Source of the DNA: the human T2T-CHM13v2.0 reference genome, Homo sapiens
NCBI RefSeq assembly: GCF_009914755.1
Contig: NC_060947.1
Reading direction: 5' to 3' (one strand)
Length of the DNA: 64,000 nt
The first letter of the stretch is position 1. Each line of letters starts with the position of its first letter. The notes under the pieces are model-generated. The model was given only the letters and a program-made list of their open reading frames with translations, searched no databases and was not told the origin of the DNA. This document shows, piece by piece, positions 45,823-61,357 of this stretch. The translations under genes and the position numbers were made by a program.

Positions 45823-48800
45823 TCACTAATGATCATAGGTATAAAGATTCTCAATAAAATAGTAGCTAACCCAATTCAGTAACATATCAAAAAGATCATA
45901 CATCATGACCAAGTGGGATTTATCCCTGGGATGCAAGTATGGCTTAACAAATCCAAATCAATTATTATGATACATTACATTAGCAAAAGGAATAATTTAA
46001 AAACCACACGGTTATTTCAATAGATGTGGAAAAAGCTTTCACAAAGTTCAACATCCTTTCAGGATAAAATATCTTCACAAATTAGGTATTAATATTAAAA
46101 ATTTCCTCAGCATAAGAAAGGCCATTTATGAGATGCCCACAGGTAACATCATAATCAATGGTGAAAAATGGAAAGCTTTTCCTCTAAGATCTGGTATAAG
46201 ACAAGGATGCCCACCCTTGCCAATTTTATTCAAAATAGTACTAGAAATACTAACCATGGCAATCAGATAAGAAAAATAAATAAAATGCATCCAAATTGGA
46301 TCAGAAGTAAACTAGCCCTATTTGGAGATAAGATGATTATATATGTAGAAAGCCCAAAAGACTCCCTCCAAAAATTAAAAAGAAAAAAACCTGTTAGAAA
46401 AAGTGAATTCAGTAAAGATGCAGGATACAAAAAAAAAATCAGTGTACAAAAATCAGTTGCACTCTTTATACCTATAATGATGTATCAAAAAAAGAAATTT
46501 TAAAAAATCATATTTATGATACCATCAAAAAGAATGAAATACTTAAGGAATACATTTATTCAAGAAGGTGAAAGATCTGTGCACAGAAAACCAAAACACC
46601 CTGATGAAAGAAACTGAAGAAGACACAAAGAAATAGAAAGATTTCCCATGTGCAAGGATTGGAAGAACCAATATTGTTAAAATGTCCCTACTACTCAAAG
46701 TGATATAGAGATTCAACACAACCCCTATCTAAATTCCAATGGCATTTTTCATGGAAATAGACAAAAACATATATAAAATTTCTATGGAACCAAACTAGAC
46801 CCTTGATAGCCAAAGCAACTCTGAGAAATAAAAATAAATCTGGAGGCATCACACTCTTTGATTTCAAACAATATTAGAAAACTATGGAAATCAAAACAGT
46901 ATGGTACTAGCATAAAAACAGATATACCAATGTAATAGAATAGAGAGTCCAGAAATAAACCGAAGCAAATATAGTGAACTAATTTTTGACAAGAGCACCA
47001 ACAGGACACAATGGGGAACGTATAGTCTCTTCAATAAATGTTGTTGGAAAAACTGGATATCTATATGCAAAAGAACAAAATTGGGCCCATATTTTAGACC
47101 ATACACAAAAATCAACTCAAAATGCATAAGAGACTGAAACATAAGAGCTGAAATAATAAAACTACTAAAAGCACTACTGCTGTGCTTTTTTATATGACAC
47201 CAAAAGCACAGGCAACAAAAGCAAAAAGAAACAAGTGGGACTGCATCAAATTAAAAAGCTGCTATGCAGAAAAAAAAAGTCAACAACATGCAAAGGTAGC
47301 CTATAGACTGAGTGAAAATATTTGCAAACTGTAAAGTGGTTAATATTCAAAATATACATAAAGTGGTTAATATATATAAAATATATAAAGTGGTTAATAT
47401 TCAAAATATATAAGGAACTCACATCACTTCACAGCAAAAAAAAACAAATAAACAAATAAACTAATTAAGAAATGAGCAAAGAATTTGAATAGACATTCCT
47501 CCAAAAAAGACATAAAAATAGCCAACAGGTATACGATGATGCTCAACATCATTAATCATCAGGAAAATGCATATCAAAACCACAATGAGAAATAACCTAG
47601 CATCTATTAGGATGGGTATTATCAAAAAGATAAGACATAACAAGTGTTGACAAGGGTTTAGAGAAAAGGAGACCCTTGTACACTGTTAGTAGGAATATAT
47701 ATTGGTACAGCAGCCACTGTGGAAAATAATACCTTTAAGATGTTCCCAAAGAAATCAAAAATAGAATTATCAAATTATCCAGTAATCCCTCTTTTGAGTA
47801 TATGCCCAAAGGAAATGCACTCACTACCTTGTAAAGATATCTGCACTCCCATGTTCATTGCAGTACTATTAACAATAGCCAAGATGTGGAAGCAAACAAA
47901 GTGTCCATTAATGGATAAATGGGTAAAGAAACTGTCGGGTGTATATGTATATGTAATATGTTGCCTATATTTTAATAAATTACCTCTATTTTTAATTTAT
48001 TTATATATATATTACATATACATACAGAGACACAGAATAGAATATTATTCAGACTTTAAAAAGAAGGAGGGAAGGAGATTATGTCATTTGTCACAACATG
48101 GAGGAACCTAGAGGACATTATGCTACATGAAATAATCCAGTCACAGAAAGAAAACTACTGCATGATTTCACTTATATGTGGAATCAAAAGGAAAAAAAAA
48201 ATGAATACATAGAAACAGATTAGGATGGTGGTGACCAGAGGTGAGGGGGTGGGAGAAAATGGGAAGATATAAGTCAAAGGGCACAAAGTTGTAGTTACAC
48301 AGGAAAAGTCTAGAGATCTAACCTACAGCATGGGGACTAGAGTCAACATTATTGTATTATACACTGGAAATTTGCTAAGAGAGTAAATTTTAGATACTAT
48401 TACCACAAAAAAGTAACTATGTGAGATGATATGTTAATCTGTTTGACTGTAGTCATCACTTCATCATTTATATCAAAACATCACATTGTACATCTTAAAT
48501 TTATACCTTAAATATTTTTTAAAACAATCAAATTTTAAAAGGTCAAAATCATACAATGAAAACTAAAAAACAATCCTGGGAGAAATCACAAAAAAATCGA
48601 AATAAACAGTTAAATGTTCATGGATTTGAAGACTCATCATATCAATGTTCCCAAAACTGATCCACAGATTTAATGCAATCCCAACCAAAACACTGATAGG
48701 GTTTTTGTTTGCTTGTTTTTGGTAAAATTTGGCAAGATTATTCTTAAATTTATATAGAAATACAAATAACCTAAAATAGCTAAAATTGTTTTGAAAAAGA

Positions 48801-49240
48801 ACTAAGTTGGAGGAGTTATGCTATCTGATTTAAAGACTTGCTATGAACCTATATTAATCAAGAAAGTGGGTTACTATTACAAGAATAGTCATATAGATCA
48901 CTAGAACAGAAGAGTATACCTAAAAATAGATCTGCACATATATGCTTAATTGATTTTTGACAAAGGTGCCCAGGCAATTCAATAGGGGAATCAGTATTTT
49001 TTAACAAATATCCATACAGAAACCAATTAACCTTGATCTGTATTTTGTGCCATATATAAAAATTACCACAAAAGGGATCATAGGCCTAAATGTAAAAAAT
49101 AAAACTATATAACTTCTATTTTTAAAAAAGTAGAAAACCGTTATGATTTTGAGATAGGCAAAGAAAGTAGGAAACAAAAAGTATGACCCATAAAATAAAA
49201 TAAAGCGATAAACTGGATTTCAATAAAATTAAGATACTCT

Positions 49241-49840
49241 TAAAACTAAAAATCGAATTACCATTCAATCCAGCAATCCCATTACTGTGTATTGACTTAA
49301 AGAAAATAAATCATTATATCAAAGGAATACTGGCACTTGCATATTTACCGCAGCAACATTCATAATAGCAAAGATAAGGAATCAATCTAAGTGTCCATCA
49401 ACAAATGAATGGATAAAGAAAATATGGTACTTCTACACAATGGAATAGTATTCAGCCATAAAAAGAATGAAATTATGTCATTTGCATCAACGTAGATGAA
49501 ACTAGAGGTCATTGTCTTAAGTGAAATAAGCCAGGCACAAAAAGACAAATATCACATGTTCTCATTTATTTGGGGGTGCTAAAAAATTTGAACACATGGA
49601 GGTAGAGGGTGGAAAAATAACAGAGACGGAAGTGTGAGCAGGTGAGAAGGGAGAACATGAAGATAAGTGGGTTAAAGGGTACAAACATAAGATAGAAGGA
49701 ATACATTCAATGTTCAATAGCAGAGTAGGATGACTATACTTAAAAAAAATGCATTGTACCCTAAAACCCGACTTGATCACTATGCATTATACATATGTTA
49801 AAAATTTCTCACATACTCCATAAATATGCACAACTTAGAA
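49241..49840 (+). mobile_element. L1PB-like (about PB4) 3' fragment
   Basis: 'gggtacaaacataagatagaaggaatacattcaatg...gacttgatcactatgcattatac'. Confidence 0.78.
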
Positions 49841-51842
49841 AAGACACAGTTAAGAAAATGAAAGGCTAAGCCACAGACTGGGATATAATGTCTGCAAATA
49901 ACTTATCTGACAAAGGACTTGTTAACAAAATATATAATTCTCATAACTGAGAATGTCACCAAAATAGCACAGTATATGTAGCTTTACTCTCCTCCACAGA
50001 AAACCAAAAAGAACTAGCCACTGCCCAGATTATCAAAAGGAATATTCCAGAACTCAATGACTGAAGTTGTGACAATCCCAGAGGCCACAGAGAACTGAAA
50101 AACTGCAAGCAAAAGGTAAAATAGCTCCTTCCCCAAGCTGCCAGGCACTGTGTAGAAAGGCACCCTCAAAATCAAGGTTCCTATAATACTGGAAAAAATA
50201 AAAGTGGACAGCTAGCTTCCCCACCATCTTAGATTCCTTTCCAGAAAAATTATTCCTGCCTCAACCTGTAAGAAGCCTCTTGAATGCCTGCAGAGTAAAA
50301 AATCCCAAAGGCAGCTAGAGTTAGAGGGTGGGGGTGGGGTTAGCAACACCCAGTGCATGAAACTCCAGCTTCCCTTCATCTGACCTCAAAAAAGACACCA
50401 AATCAGAAAGGCTGTTTAACAGCATCACGTTGCAGGAAGCACACTTCATCAGTCCTCTGGGAACAAACCTCCATCCAGCTTTCCCACAGAGCTGGGGTAT
50501 CTTTGGGATTCCTCCCCATCCAGGATGAGTAGCACTCTGAAATTGAGAAAGACTATGTCAAATCTGGGTTCAGGGTGCCATCTAGTGTTGAAAAGGAGGC
50601 AGTGATCTCAGGCTAAGGGAACTAAATAGTCACTCTGCACAAAACCTCTAGACAGACATACTTCTGAAAGACCAAACCAAGCCAGACAGTGAAGACTGGA
50701 ATAAAGAACTAATCCTTCAATGCAAATGCACAGACATATATCCATAGAAAGAGCAAACAGGAAACCATGACATTCCCAAATAGACAAAATAAGGAGCCAG
50801 TGACTGACCCTAATGAGATGATGTTGTGTGAGCTCTCAGATCAAGAATGCAGAATAGCAATTTTCAGGAAACTCAGAAAATGCCAATGTAACACAGAAAA
50901 GCAATTCAGAAATGTATTACAGAAATTTAACAATGAAATTGAAATTTTAAAAAATTAAACAGAAATCCTAGAGCTAAGAAATACAATAGTCAAACTGAAA
51001 AATACATGGGATGGTCTCAACAACAGAATTGATCAAGCAGAAGAAAGAACCGGTGAGCCCTAAGACTATTTGAAAATACACAATAAGAAGAGAAAAAATA
51101 ATGAGAAAAATGAAGAACGCCAACAAGATCTAGGGGATAGCCTCAAAAGAGCAAGTCAAAGGGTCATTGGCTTTAAAGAGGATGTTGAGAAAGAACAAAA
51201 GGTAGAAAGCTTATTCAAAGTAATAATAACAGAGACTTTTCCAAACCTAGAGAAAGATATAAATATCCAGGTACAGGGTTAAAGACAACCAAACATGTTC
51301 AATCTAAATAAGATTACCCTAAGGCATATAATAATCAAACTCTCAAAGGTTAACAGACAAAGAGGGAAATCTTAAAAGCAGCAAGAGAAAAGAAGCAAAT
51401 AACATATAAAGGAGTTTCAATTCCTGTGGTAACAGAGTTTTCAGTGTAAGTCCTACAGGGCAGGAGGGAGGGGGGCAACATATTCAAAGTACTGAATGAA
51501 AAAAACAAAACAACAACAACAAAAAAACCTCCCATACTGTGCCCAGCAGAGCCATCCTTCAAACATGAAGGAGAGATACAGACTTTCCCAGACAGAAGCT
51601 GAGGGAATTCATCAACAGAAGATTTGTCTTACATGAACTGCTGAAGCCAGTTGTTCAATCTTAAAAGAACACTAATATGTATCAAGAAAACACCTGAAGT
51701 TATAAAATAAACTGGTAAACGTATATAGACAAATTCAGAATAAACTATGCAGACAAATACTGAATTGTGGTGTGTAAACCGTTCACAACTTTAGTATGAA
51801 GACTGAAAAAAATCTATCAAAAATAATGACAATTTATTAAGG

Positions 51843-52118
<276 letters not shown>

Positions 52119-55100
52119 TTAAAATGGGGAAGTAATGGACTTAAATTTTAGAGATTTTAGTTTTTAATTTTTCTTTTGATCAAAGTTAAGTTGTCATCAG
52201 TTTATAATAAGATGTTCTAAGCCCCACAGTAACATCAAAGCAAAAACCTGTAAAAGATACACTAACAAAAGCAAATAATTAATACATGCCACCAGAGAAA
52301 AATCACTAAACAACAAAGGAAGATAGTAGTAAAATAATGGAAGACAGGAGTTACAAAACAATCAGAAAATAATAACAAAATGGCAGTAGTAAGTCCTTAC
52401 CTTTCAAAAATAACATTGAATGTAAATGGGACTAAATTCTCCAATTAAAAGAGAGTGGCTGAATGGATTAAAAAAAACAGCATCCAACTATATGCTGCCT
52501 TCAAGAAGTTCACTTCTTTAAGTGAATTTCTAGTGAATAAGACACATAGAGACTAAAAGTGAAGGGATGGAAAAAGATACTGCGTACAAATAGAAACCAC
52601 AAAAGAGCAGCAGTGGCTACACATATATCATACGAAACAGACTTCAGGTCAAAAACTGTAAGAAAAGACAAAGAATGTCATTATATAATAATAAATGGGT
52701 CAATTCAGCTACAGGATATAACAATTATAAATTCGCATGCACCCAACACTGGAGCACCCAAATATACACAACAAATATTAGTAGATTTAAACAGAGAGAC
52801 AGACTACAACACCATAATAATAGGGAACTTCAACACTCACTTTCAGCAATGAACAGATTATCCAGACAAGATATCAACAAAGAAATACTGGATTTCAGTT
52901 GTACTATAGACCAAATGTACGTAACTGAAAATAACAGAACATATCATCCAACTGCTGGAGACTACACATTTTCCTCATCAGCATATAGAACATTCTTGAA
53001 AACAGGCCATATGTTAGGCCATAAACAAATCTCAACAAATTTTAAAAAGTCAAATTAATATCAAGTGTCTTTTCTGACCACAATGAAACAACACTAGAAA
53101 TCAGTAAGAAGAGCACTTAAGAAACTGTACAAATACACCGAAATTAAATACATTGCTCCTGAATGATCAGTGGGTAAATAACAAAATTCTTTTAAAAAAT
53201 AGAAATTTCTCAAAACAAATGAAAATGAAAACACAAGATACTAAAGCCTATGAAATAAAGCAAAAGCAGTACAAAGAGGAAAATTTATGGCAATAAAAGC
53301 TTTCATCAAAAAAGAAAAAGAAAGTCTTCAAATAAATAATCTACCAAGTCACTTCAAAGAATTAGGAAGGCAAGAACAAACCAAACCCAAAGCTAGTAGA
53401 AGGAAATAAATAACAAACACCAGAGCAGAAATAAATGAAATTAAGGCTGAAAAATACAAAAGATCAATGAAATGAAAAGTTGTTTTTTTTGAAAAGATAC
53501 TCAAAATCAACAAATCTTTAGCTAGACTAAGAAAAAAAGAATACTCAAATAAATGAAATCAGAGGTGAAAAGGGAGAATATAACTGATACCACAAAAATA
53601 CAAAGGATCATTACAGAGAATATGAACAACTACAGGCAAACAAATTGGAAAACCTAGAAGAAATGGATAAATTCCTGGATACATATGACGTACCAAGATT
53701 GAACCATGAATAAATAGAAAACCTGAACAAACCAATAACAAGTAACAAGATCAAAACAGTAATAAAAAGTGTCTCATCAAAGAAAAGCCAAGGACCTTAC
53801 GGTTTCACTGCTGAATTCCACCAAACATTTAAAAAAGAACTGATAATAATTCTATGCAAATTATTTCAAAAAAGTAAAGAGGAGGAATACTTCAAACTCA
53901 TTCTATGAGGCCAGCATTACCCTGGTACCCAAACCAGACAAAAACACATCAAAAAAAGAAAACTACAGGCCAATATTACTGGCAAACATAGATGCAAAAA
54001 TTCCAAACAAAATACTAGCAAACTGAATTAAACAACACATTAAAAAGATCACTCACGATGATCAAGTGGGTCTCATCCCAGGGACAAAAGTTTGGTTCAA
54101 CATATGCAAATAAATAAACGTGATACATTACATTAACAGAACCAAGGACAAAACCTGTATGATCACTTCAATAGATGCTGAAAAAGCATTTCATAAAATT
54201 CAAGATCCCTCCATGAGAAAAAGACAACAAACTGGGTACAGAAGGAACATGCATCAAAATAATAAAAGCCATATATCACAAACCCACAGCTATCATCATA
54301 CTGAACAGGAAAAAAATCAAAAGCCTTTCCTCCAAGATCTAGACCAAGACAAGAATGCCCACTTTTACCACTTATGTTCAGTGTAGTACTGCATGTTCTA
54401 GCCAGAGCAATTTAGGCAAGAGAATGAAATAAAGGGTATCCATATTGAAAAGGAAGAAATCAAATTATCCTTGTTAGCAGATGATATAATCTTATATTTA
54501 GAAAAACCTAAAGACTACCTACACACACGAAATGCTGGAAATGATCAACAAATTCAGTAAAGTTGCAGGATACAAAATCAACATACAAAAAGCAGGTGCA
54601 CTTCTGTTTGCCAATAGTGAACAATCTGAAAAAGAAACCAAAAAAGCAATCCCATTTAAAACAGGATTTAAAAAAAAATAGGAATAAATTTAACCACAGA
54701 AGTGAAAGATCTCTAAAATAAAAATAAAAAGCACTGCTGAAAAAAATTGACAACTACACACAAAAAGGGAAAGATATCCCATATTGATGGATGGGAAGAA
54801 TTAATATTGTTAAAATGTACTGCCTAAAGCAACCTATAGATTAAATGCAATTAATTAATATTAAATTAATATTGTTAAATTAATATTGCTAAAATATACT
54901 ACCAAAAGCAATCTACAGATTAAATGCAATCTCTATCAAAATACCAATGACATTCACCACAGAAATGGGAAAAAAATCCTAAGGTTCATATGGACCCACA
55001 AAAGACCCAGAATAGCCAAAGCAATCCCGAGCAAAAAGAACAAAGCTGGAGGCATCACACTACCTAACTTCAAAATACACTGTAAAGCTATAGTAACCAA

Positions 55101-56624
55101 AAAAGCATGGTACTGAAGTAAAAACAGACACATAGACCAATTGAACAGAATAGAGAATCCCAAAATATACCCATGCATTTACAGCCAATTCATTTTCAGT
55201 AAAGACACCAAGAACACATATTGGAGAAAGGACAGCCTCTTCAACTTATGTTCTTGGACAAACTGGATGTCCATATGCAAAAGAATAAAACTAGACCCCT
55301 ATCTCTCACCATATGAAAAAATAAAATCAAAATAGATGAACGACTTAAACGTAAGACTTGAAACTATAAAACTACTAGAATAAAACACTGGAAAAATGCC
55401 TCAGGTCATTGATATGCACAAAGACTCTATTGAGTAATACCTCTAAAGCACAGATAACAAAAGCAGAAATACCCAAATGGGATTATATCAAGCTAAAAAG
55501 CTTCTGCACAGCAAGGGAAACAATCAACAGAGTGAAGCAACAACATACAGAATGAGAGAAAATATCTGCAAACTATCCATCTGACAAAACATTAATAGCC
55601 AAAATATGTAAGTGACTCAAACAACTCAATAGCAAAAAAACACAAATAATCTGATTTAAAAGTGGGCAAATGCTCTGAACAGACATTTCTTAAAAGAAGA
55701 CATACAAATGGCCAATAGGCATATGAAAAATGCCCAACATCATTAATCATCAGGGAAATGCAAATCAAAATCACAAGGACATATCATCTCACCGCAGTTA
55801 GAATGGTTATTATCAAAAAGACAAAAAATAACAAATGCTGAAGAGGATGCAGAGAACAGAGAACTCTCATACACTGCTGATCGGAATGTAAATTAGTACA
55901 GCCATTATGGAAAATGGTATGGAAAACTAAACACAGAAGTACCATATGATCCAGCAATCCCACTGCTGGGTATATATTGTATATAGCCAAAAGAAGAAAA
56001 ATCAATATGTCAGAAGAGATATTTGCACTCCCTTGTTTATCACAGCACTATTCAAAATAGCCAAGATATGGAATCAACCTAAGTGCCCACTGATGGATCA
56101 ATGGATGAAGAACATGTTGCTATATATACACAATGGAATATTATTGAGCTATAAAAAGAAAATCCTGTCATTTGCAGCAACATGGGTGGAACTGGAAGAC
56201 ATTATGTCAACTGAAATAAGCCAGGCACAGAAAGACAAATATCATATGTTTTCACTCATATGTGAGTAGGGGCTATCAAAGTTGATCTCATGGAGGTGGA
56301 GAGTATAGTAGTAGTTACCAGAAGTTAGGAAGGTTGTGGGGAGAGAAGGATGAAGAGAGGTTGTTTAATGGGTATAAAACTACAGTTATATAGAAGAAAT
56401 AAGTTCTAGTGTTTGATATCACAGCAGTTAACAATAATTAATGGCATATTTCAAAATAGTTATAAAAACAATTGTAGTTAACAATAATTAATTGCTTGTT
56501 TCAAAATAGCTAGAAGATTTGGAATGCCCCCAACACAAATAAATGATAAATGTTTGAGATGATGGCTATCCCAATTACCCTGATTTAATCATTACACATT
56601 GTATTCATGTATCAAAACACCACA

Positions 56625-56900
56625 TGTAGTCCCAGCAATTTGGGAGGCCAAGGTGGATGGATCACGAGGTCAGGAGTTCCAGACGAGCCTAGCTAATATG
56701 GTGAAACCCCGTCTCTACTAAAAAAATGCAAAAATTAGCTGGGCGTGGTAGCACATGCCTGTAATCCCAGCTACTCAGGAGGTTGAGGCAGGAGAATTGC
56801 TGGAACCCGGGAGTCAGAAGTTGCAGTGAGCTGAGATAGCACCACTGCACTCCAGCCTGCGTCACAGAGTGAGATTCCATCTCAAAAAAAAAAAAAAAAA
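56625..56900 (+). mobile_element. AluS, slightly 5'-truncated, in an L1 3' UTR
   Basis: TSD accacatgta at 56619-28 and 56901-10; the 5' junction shares 'tgta' with the Alu. Confidence 0.93.
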
Positions 56901-57150
56901 ACCACATGTACCCCATAAATAAGTAAATTACATATTAATTTTTAATAAAAGAACTCTCAAAACTAAACAATAAAAAAACAAACAATACACTTAAAACGGG
57001 AAAAATACATGAATAGACACTTCACCAGTTTTTATATAGATGGCAAATAAACACATGAAAAAATGCTCAACATCACTATACATTGGAAATGTAAATTAAA
57101 ATTACAATGAGATACCACTACACACCTACATGTTAGAATGGCGAAAATTA

Positions 57151-57510
<360 letters not shown>

Positions 57511-58356
57511 TCAACTCTTACGTATTAGTAGTGAAAATGCAAAATGGTATAGAAACTTTGGAAAATAGTTTGGCATTATCTAATAAGCTAAAAAATCTAC
57601 CATGCCACCTAGCAACCCTAACCCTGGAAGTCCTTAACCAAGAAAAATGAAAACATATATTCTCAAAAAATATTGTACTAGAATGTTCATAGCAGCTTTA
57701 TGCATTAGAGTTCAAAACTGGAGACAACTCAAATATCCATTAATTTGTGAATAGGTGGTATATCCATGCAATGGAGTGCTACTAAGCAATAAAAAAGGAT
57801 AAACGAAAGATATATGCAACAGCATGGATGGATATCAAAGGCACTATGTTAAATGAAAGAAGCTAAACATAAAAGATTATATACTGTATGATTTCACATA
57901 TATGACATTCTAGAAAAAGCAAAATTTCAAATAAAAAGGAGATCAATGTTTGCCAGTAGCCAGGAGTAGGGGCACAGATTGTTTGCAATGTCTAGATAAG
58001 AGGACTTTGTGGAGTTATAGAAATGTCCTATATTTTGATTATTATGGTGGTTACACAACTATATACATTTGTTAAAACTCCTTAAAGTATACACTTAAAA
58101 TCACTTAAAATGAATGAATCTTATTGTATGTAAATTATATCTACGTAAAGCTGATAAAAATGAAATTCTAGAACTAATAAAAGGGTAAACAATTAATTTT
58201 AAAAGGTAAAATAATACATTAAAAGAGATAACACACAGTGTTTAAGTGGGGTCTATCCCAGTAATACAATGTTCATTTCACATATGAAAATCATTCAATC
58301 CAAATTCACTGCATTAACAGATTAAAGGTAAAAGTATGTTATCATTTCAAAACATA

Positions 58357-58521
58357 AGTGATTCTTTTTTTTCCCCAGGGGACATTTGTCAATGTCTGGA
58401 GACATTTTTGGTTGTCACAACTGGGTAGCAAGGCATTGCTACAGACATCTAGTGGCTAGAGACCAGGAATGCTGTTAAACATCCTACAATGTACAGGGCA
58501 GCCCCCGGTTGAGAACCACTA
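58357..58521. mobile_element. MER20 (hAT-Charlie)
   Basis: 'ggacatttgtcaatgtctggagacatttttggttgtcacaactggg...ggttgagaaccact'. Confidence 0.88.
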
Positions 58522-58870
58522 TTCTATATTCTACTTTCCCCATTCAATACTATGTTTCTGATATATGTTGCTATAAGGTACATACATCTAGTCTTCGGTT
58601 TGTTGCTACATAATACCTCACAATAAGCAAACCCCATCCACTTATATATCTCCCTGGTGATAAATACCTAGGTTGCTTCTAATGGTATTCCAACACATAC
58701 GACACTGCCATGCAATCAACAACAGCCTTGTATGTGCTCCCTTGTGGACTTCTGTGAGAGTTTCTCTGGAATATACATTCAAGAATGGAACCAGAAGGTC
58801 ATACACATCCTTAACATTTATAAATACTACCCAGGTGCTTTCTAGAATGGTTGAATGAGTTTACATACCA

Positions 58871-59451
58871 TACAGAAAAGAGTTATCGTATCAGGCCTGA
58901 AATTGCTGTTCTCAGAAAAACCTGCTGGAAATATTTCCCCTTGACTGGCATCTTGAAACTTGGTTCTCAAGAGGGTTCCCCCACTATTCCCTGATAAGAG
59001 TGGCTCACTGTGTCCAGACTGCCTGTACAAACAATGTGGTTTATGCTAAATACCTGCTTTCCTTCTGGGAGTCTGTAATTTTAGTACACACTAGGCAGAA
59101 GGTGTCTACATGATGAGCCCACAATAAGAACCTTGGACACTGAGTCTCTAATGAGTTTTCTTGGCAGACAACATTTTATATGTGTTGTCCCAACTCATTC
59201 CTAGGGGATTTATGTGCATCCTGTGTGACTCCATTGGGGGATGGACTCCTGAAAGCTTGTGCCTGGTTTCCTCTGCACTTTGCCCTGTGTGCCTTTTCCT
59301 TTTGCTGATTTTACTTCGAATCATTTTGCTATAATAAATCATAGCTATGAGTATAAACATGTTCTGAGTCCTAAACCACATTCAATATAACCATATTCTG
59401 AGTCCAAATCACTAAACATAAGAGTGATCTTAGGGAACCCACCCCAACACA
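58871..59451 (+). mobile_element. MER21-family LTR
   Basis: 'cagaaaagagttatcgtatcaggcctga...' with 'aataaatcatagctatgagtataac' and end 'cccaacaca'. Confidence 0.8.
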
Positions 59452-60054
59452 GAGTCTCAGAAGTAAAACAGGAATATTTCCAAGAAGGCTTATTTTTAGC
59501 TGCATGCTTTTGTGTGTCATTTGAATTTTATATTAAGTGCACATATTAAATCTTTAAAAATAAATACTTTATTAAAAGGGGAAACATGCTGTCAAAACAA
59601 CTAGGTCACCTGTGAATGAGACTCAGATGATGTCAAAGAACCAGAGAGATCATACAGTGTAACCTCACATTCCAGATGAACAAACCAAAGCCCATGAAGG
59701 ACTTGCCCAAAGTAACCCAGACAGACACTACAGATACAGGACTCAAATCGTCACTATCCTGTTTCCCAGAGCTCCATCCTCGAAGTCCATGTGTTCTTTT
59801 CCTATTTTTGTCACTTCACCTTCTCCAGTGCCCTTCCCATAAATGTCTTGCAGGGACCACTTTCTTACTAACCATGGTCCTTGTTATTTCTCAGATTCCT
59901 TGATTCTCTGTGCAGTGAATATTTTGAATTCCTCCCAAAATACTGAGTCTCATGGAAACTTAACAGAAACAAAAAAGGGAAGATGAAGAAAAATTCTACT
60001 GGTAACTGCCAAGAAGGAAAGGGAGAGGGGAGGGGAATGGTAAAGAAGGAGAAT

Positions 60055-60208
60055 CCTAGGTTGCTTCTAATGGTACTCCACCACATACGACACTGCCATG
60101 CAATCAACAACAGCCTTGTATGTGCTCCCTTGTGGACTTCTGTGAGTTTCTCTGGAATATACATTCGGGAATGGAACCAGCAGGTCATACACATGCTTAA
60201 CATTTATA
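60055..60208 (+). repeat. Dispersed direct copy of 58667-58822
   Basis: 154 vs 156 bp; 6 substitutions and one 2-bp indel by manual alignment. Confidence 0.95.
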
Positions 60209-60366
60209 GGGCAAATCACAGCACTTTTCTAAGTCCTTGTTTCCTGGCTAGAGACCAGGGGTCAAAATGAAGGCCCAAGAGGAACCCATTCCCCACTGCA
60301 GGAAAAAGGAGCTGAACAGAACCAGACAGCTCAAACGCTCCTTCCATTGTTTCCTAACACCTCTCA

Positions 60367-60753
<387 letters not shown>

Positions 60754-61357
60754 TTAGGAAAGCTGGGTTGCCAGCAAAAGTCTTAAGAGTGCAAAGACTC
60801 CAAAGTCTTTTCCCTCCATCCTCTATGAAGAAGACCCCCAAAGTCAAATATCCCTTTCCAAGAAGCTGGTTGAGCACATTTTCACAGGTCTTATTAGCTA
60901 CTGGTTTAGCTGGATCCATTCACATCTCTAAAGTTCTATTCCTTATAGGACCAAACCAAAGGTCTTAATAACATTGACAAAAAATTGGGAACAGAGGCCA
61001 GAACAGAAAAACTTCCCACAAGGGAACAGAAATTGACAAAACAAAACCATTTCTTCAAAAAAAAGTTTCCTCATGAACTTTAATGTCAGGAAATAACCAG
61101 GAATAATAGTTGTTTATCATTTTAGACTTTCCCTGTTGTGTACATCAAAGTACACATACAATATTTTCTTAGACATTCATGTCTTCACATACTTTAAGAA
61201 AATGCATTCATACTATTCACATTATGCAAATATCTGTCAAACCATTTCTCAAAGCAAATTTCTCAACTATCTGAGGTAGCTGGCCAGGAGTGATCATTTA
61301 GATGAGCTCAGCCAACAAGCCTATGTGTGCCTGGACATGGTGTTTTTAACAGAACAG

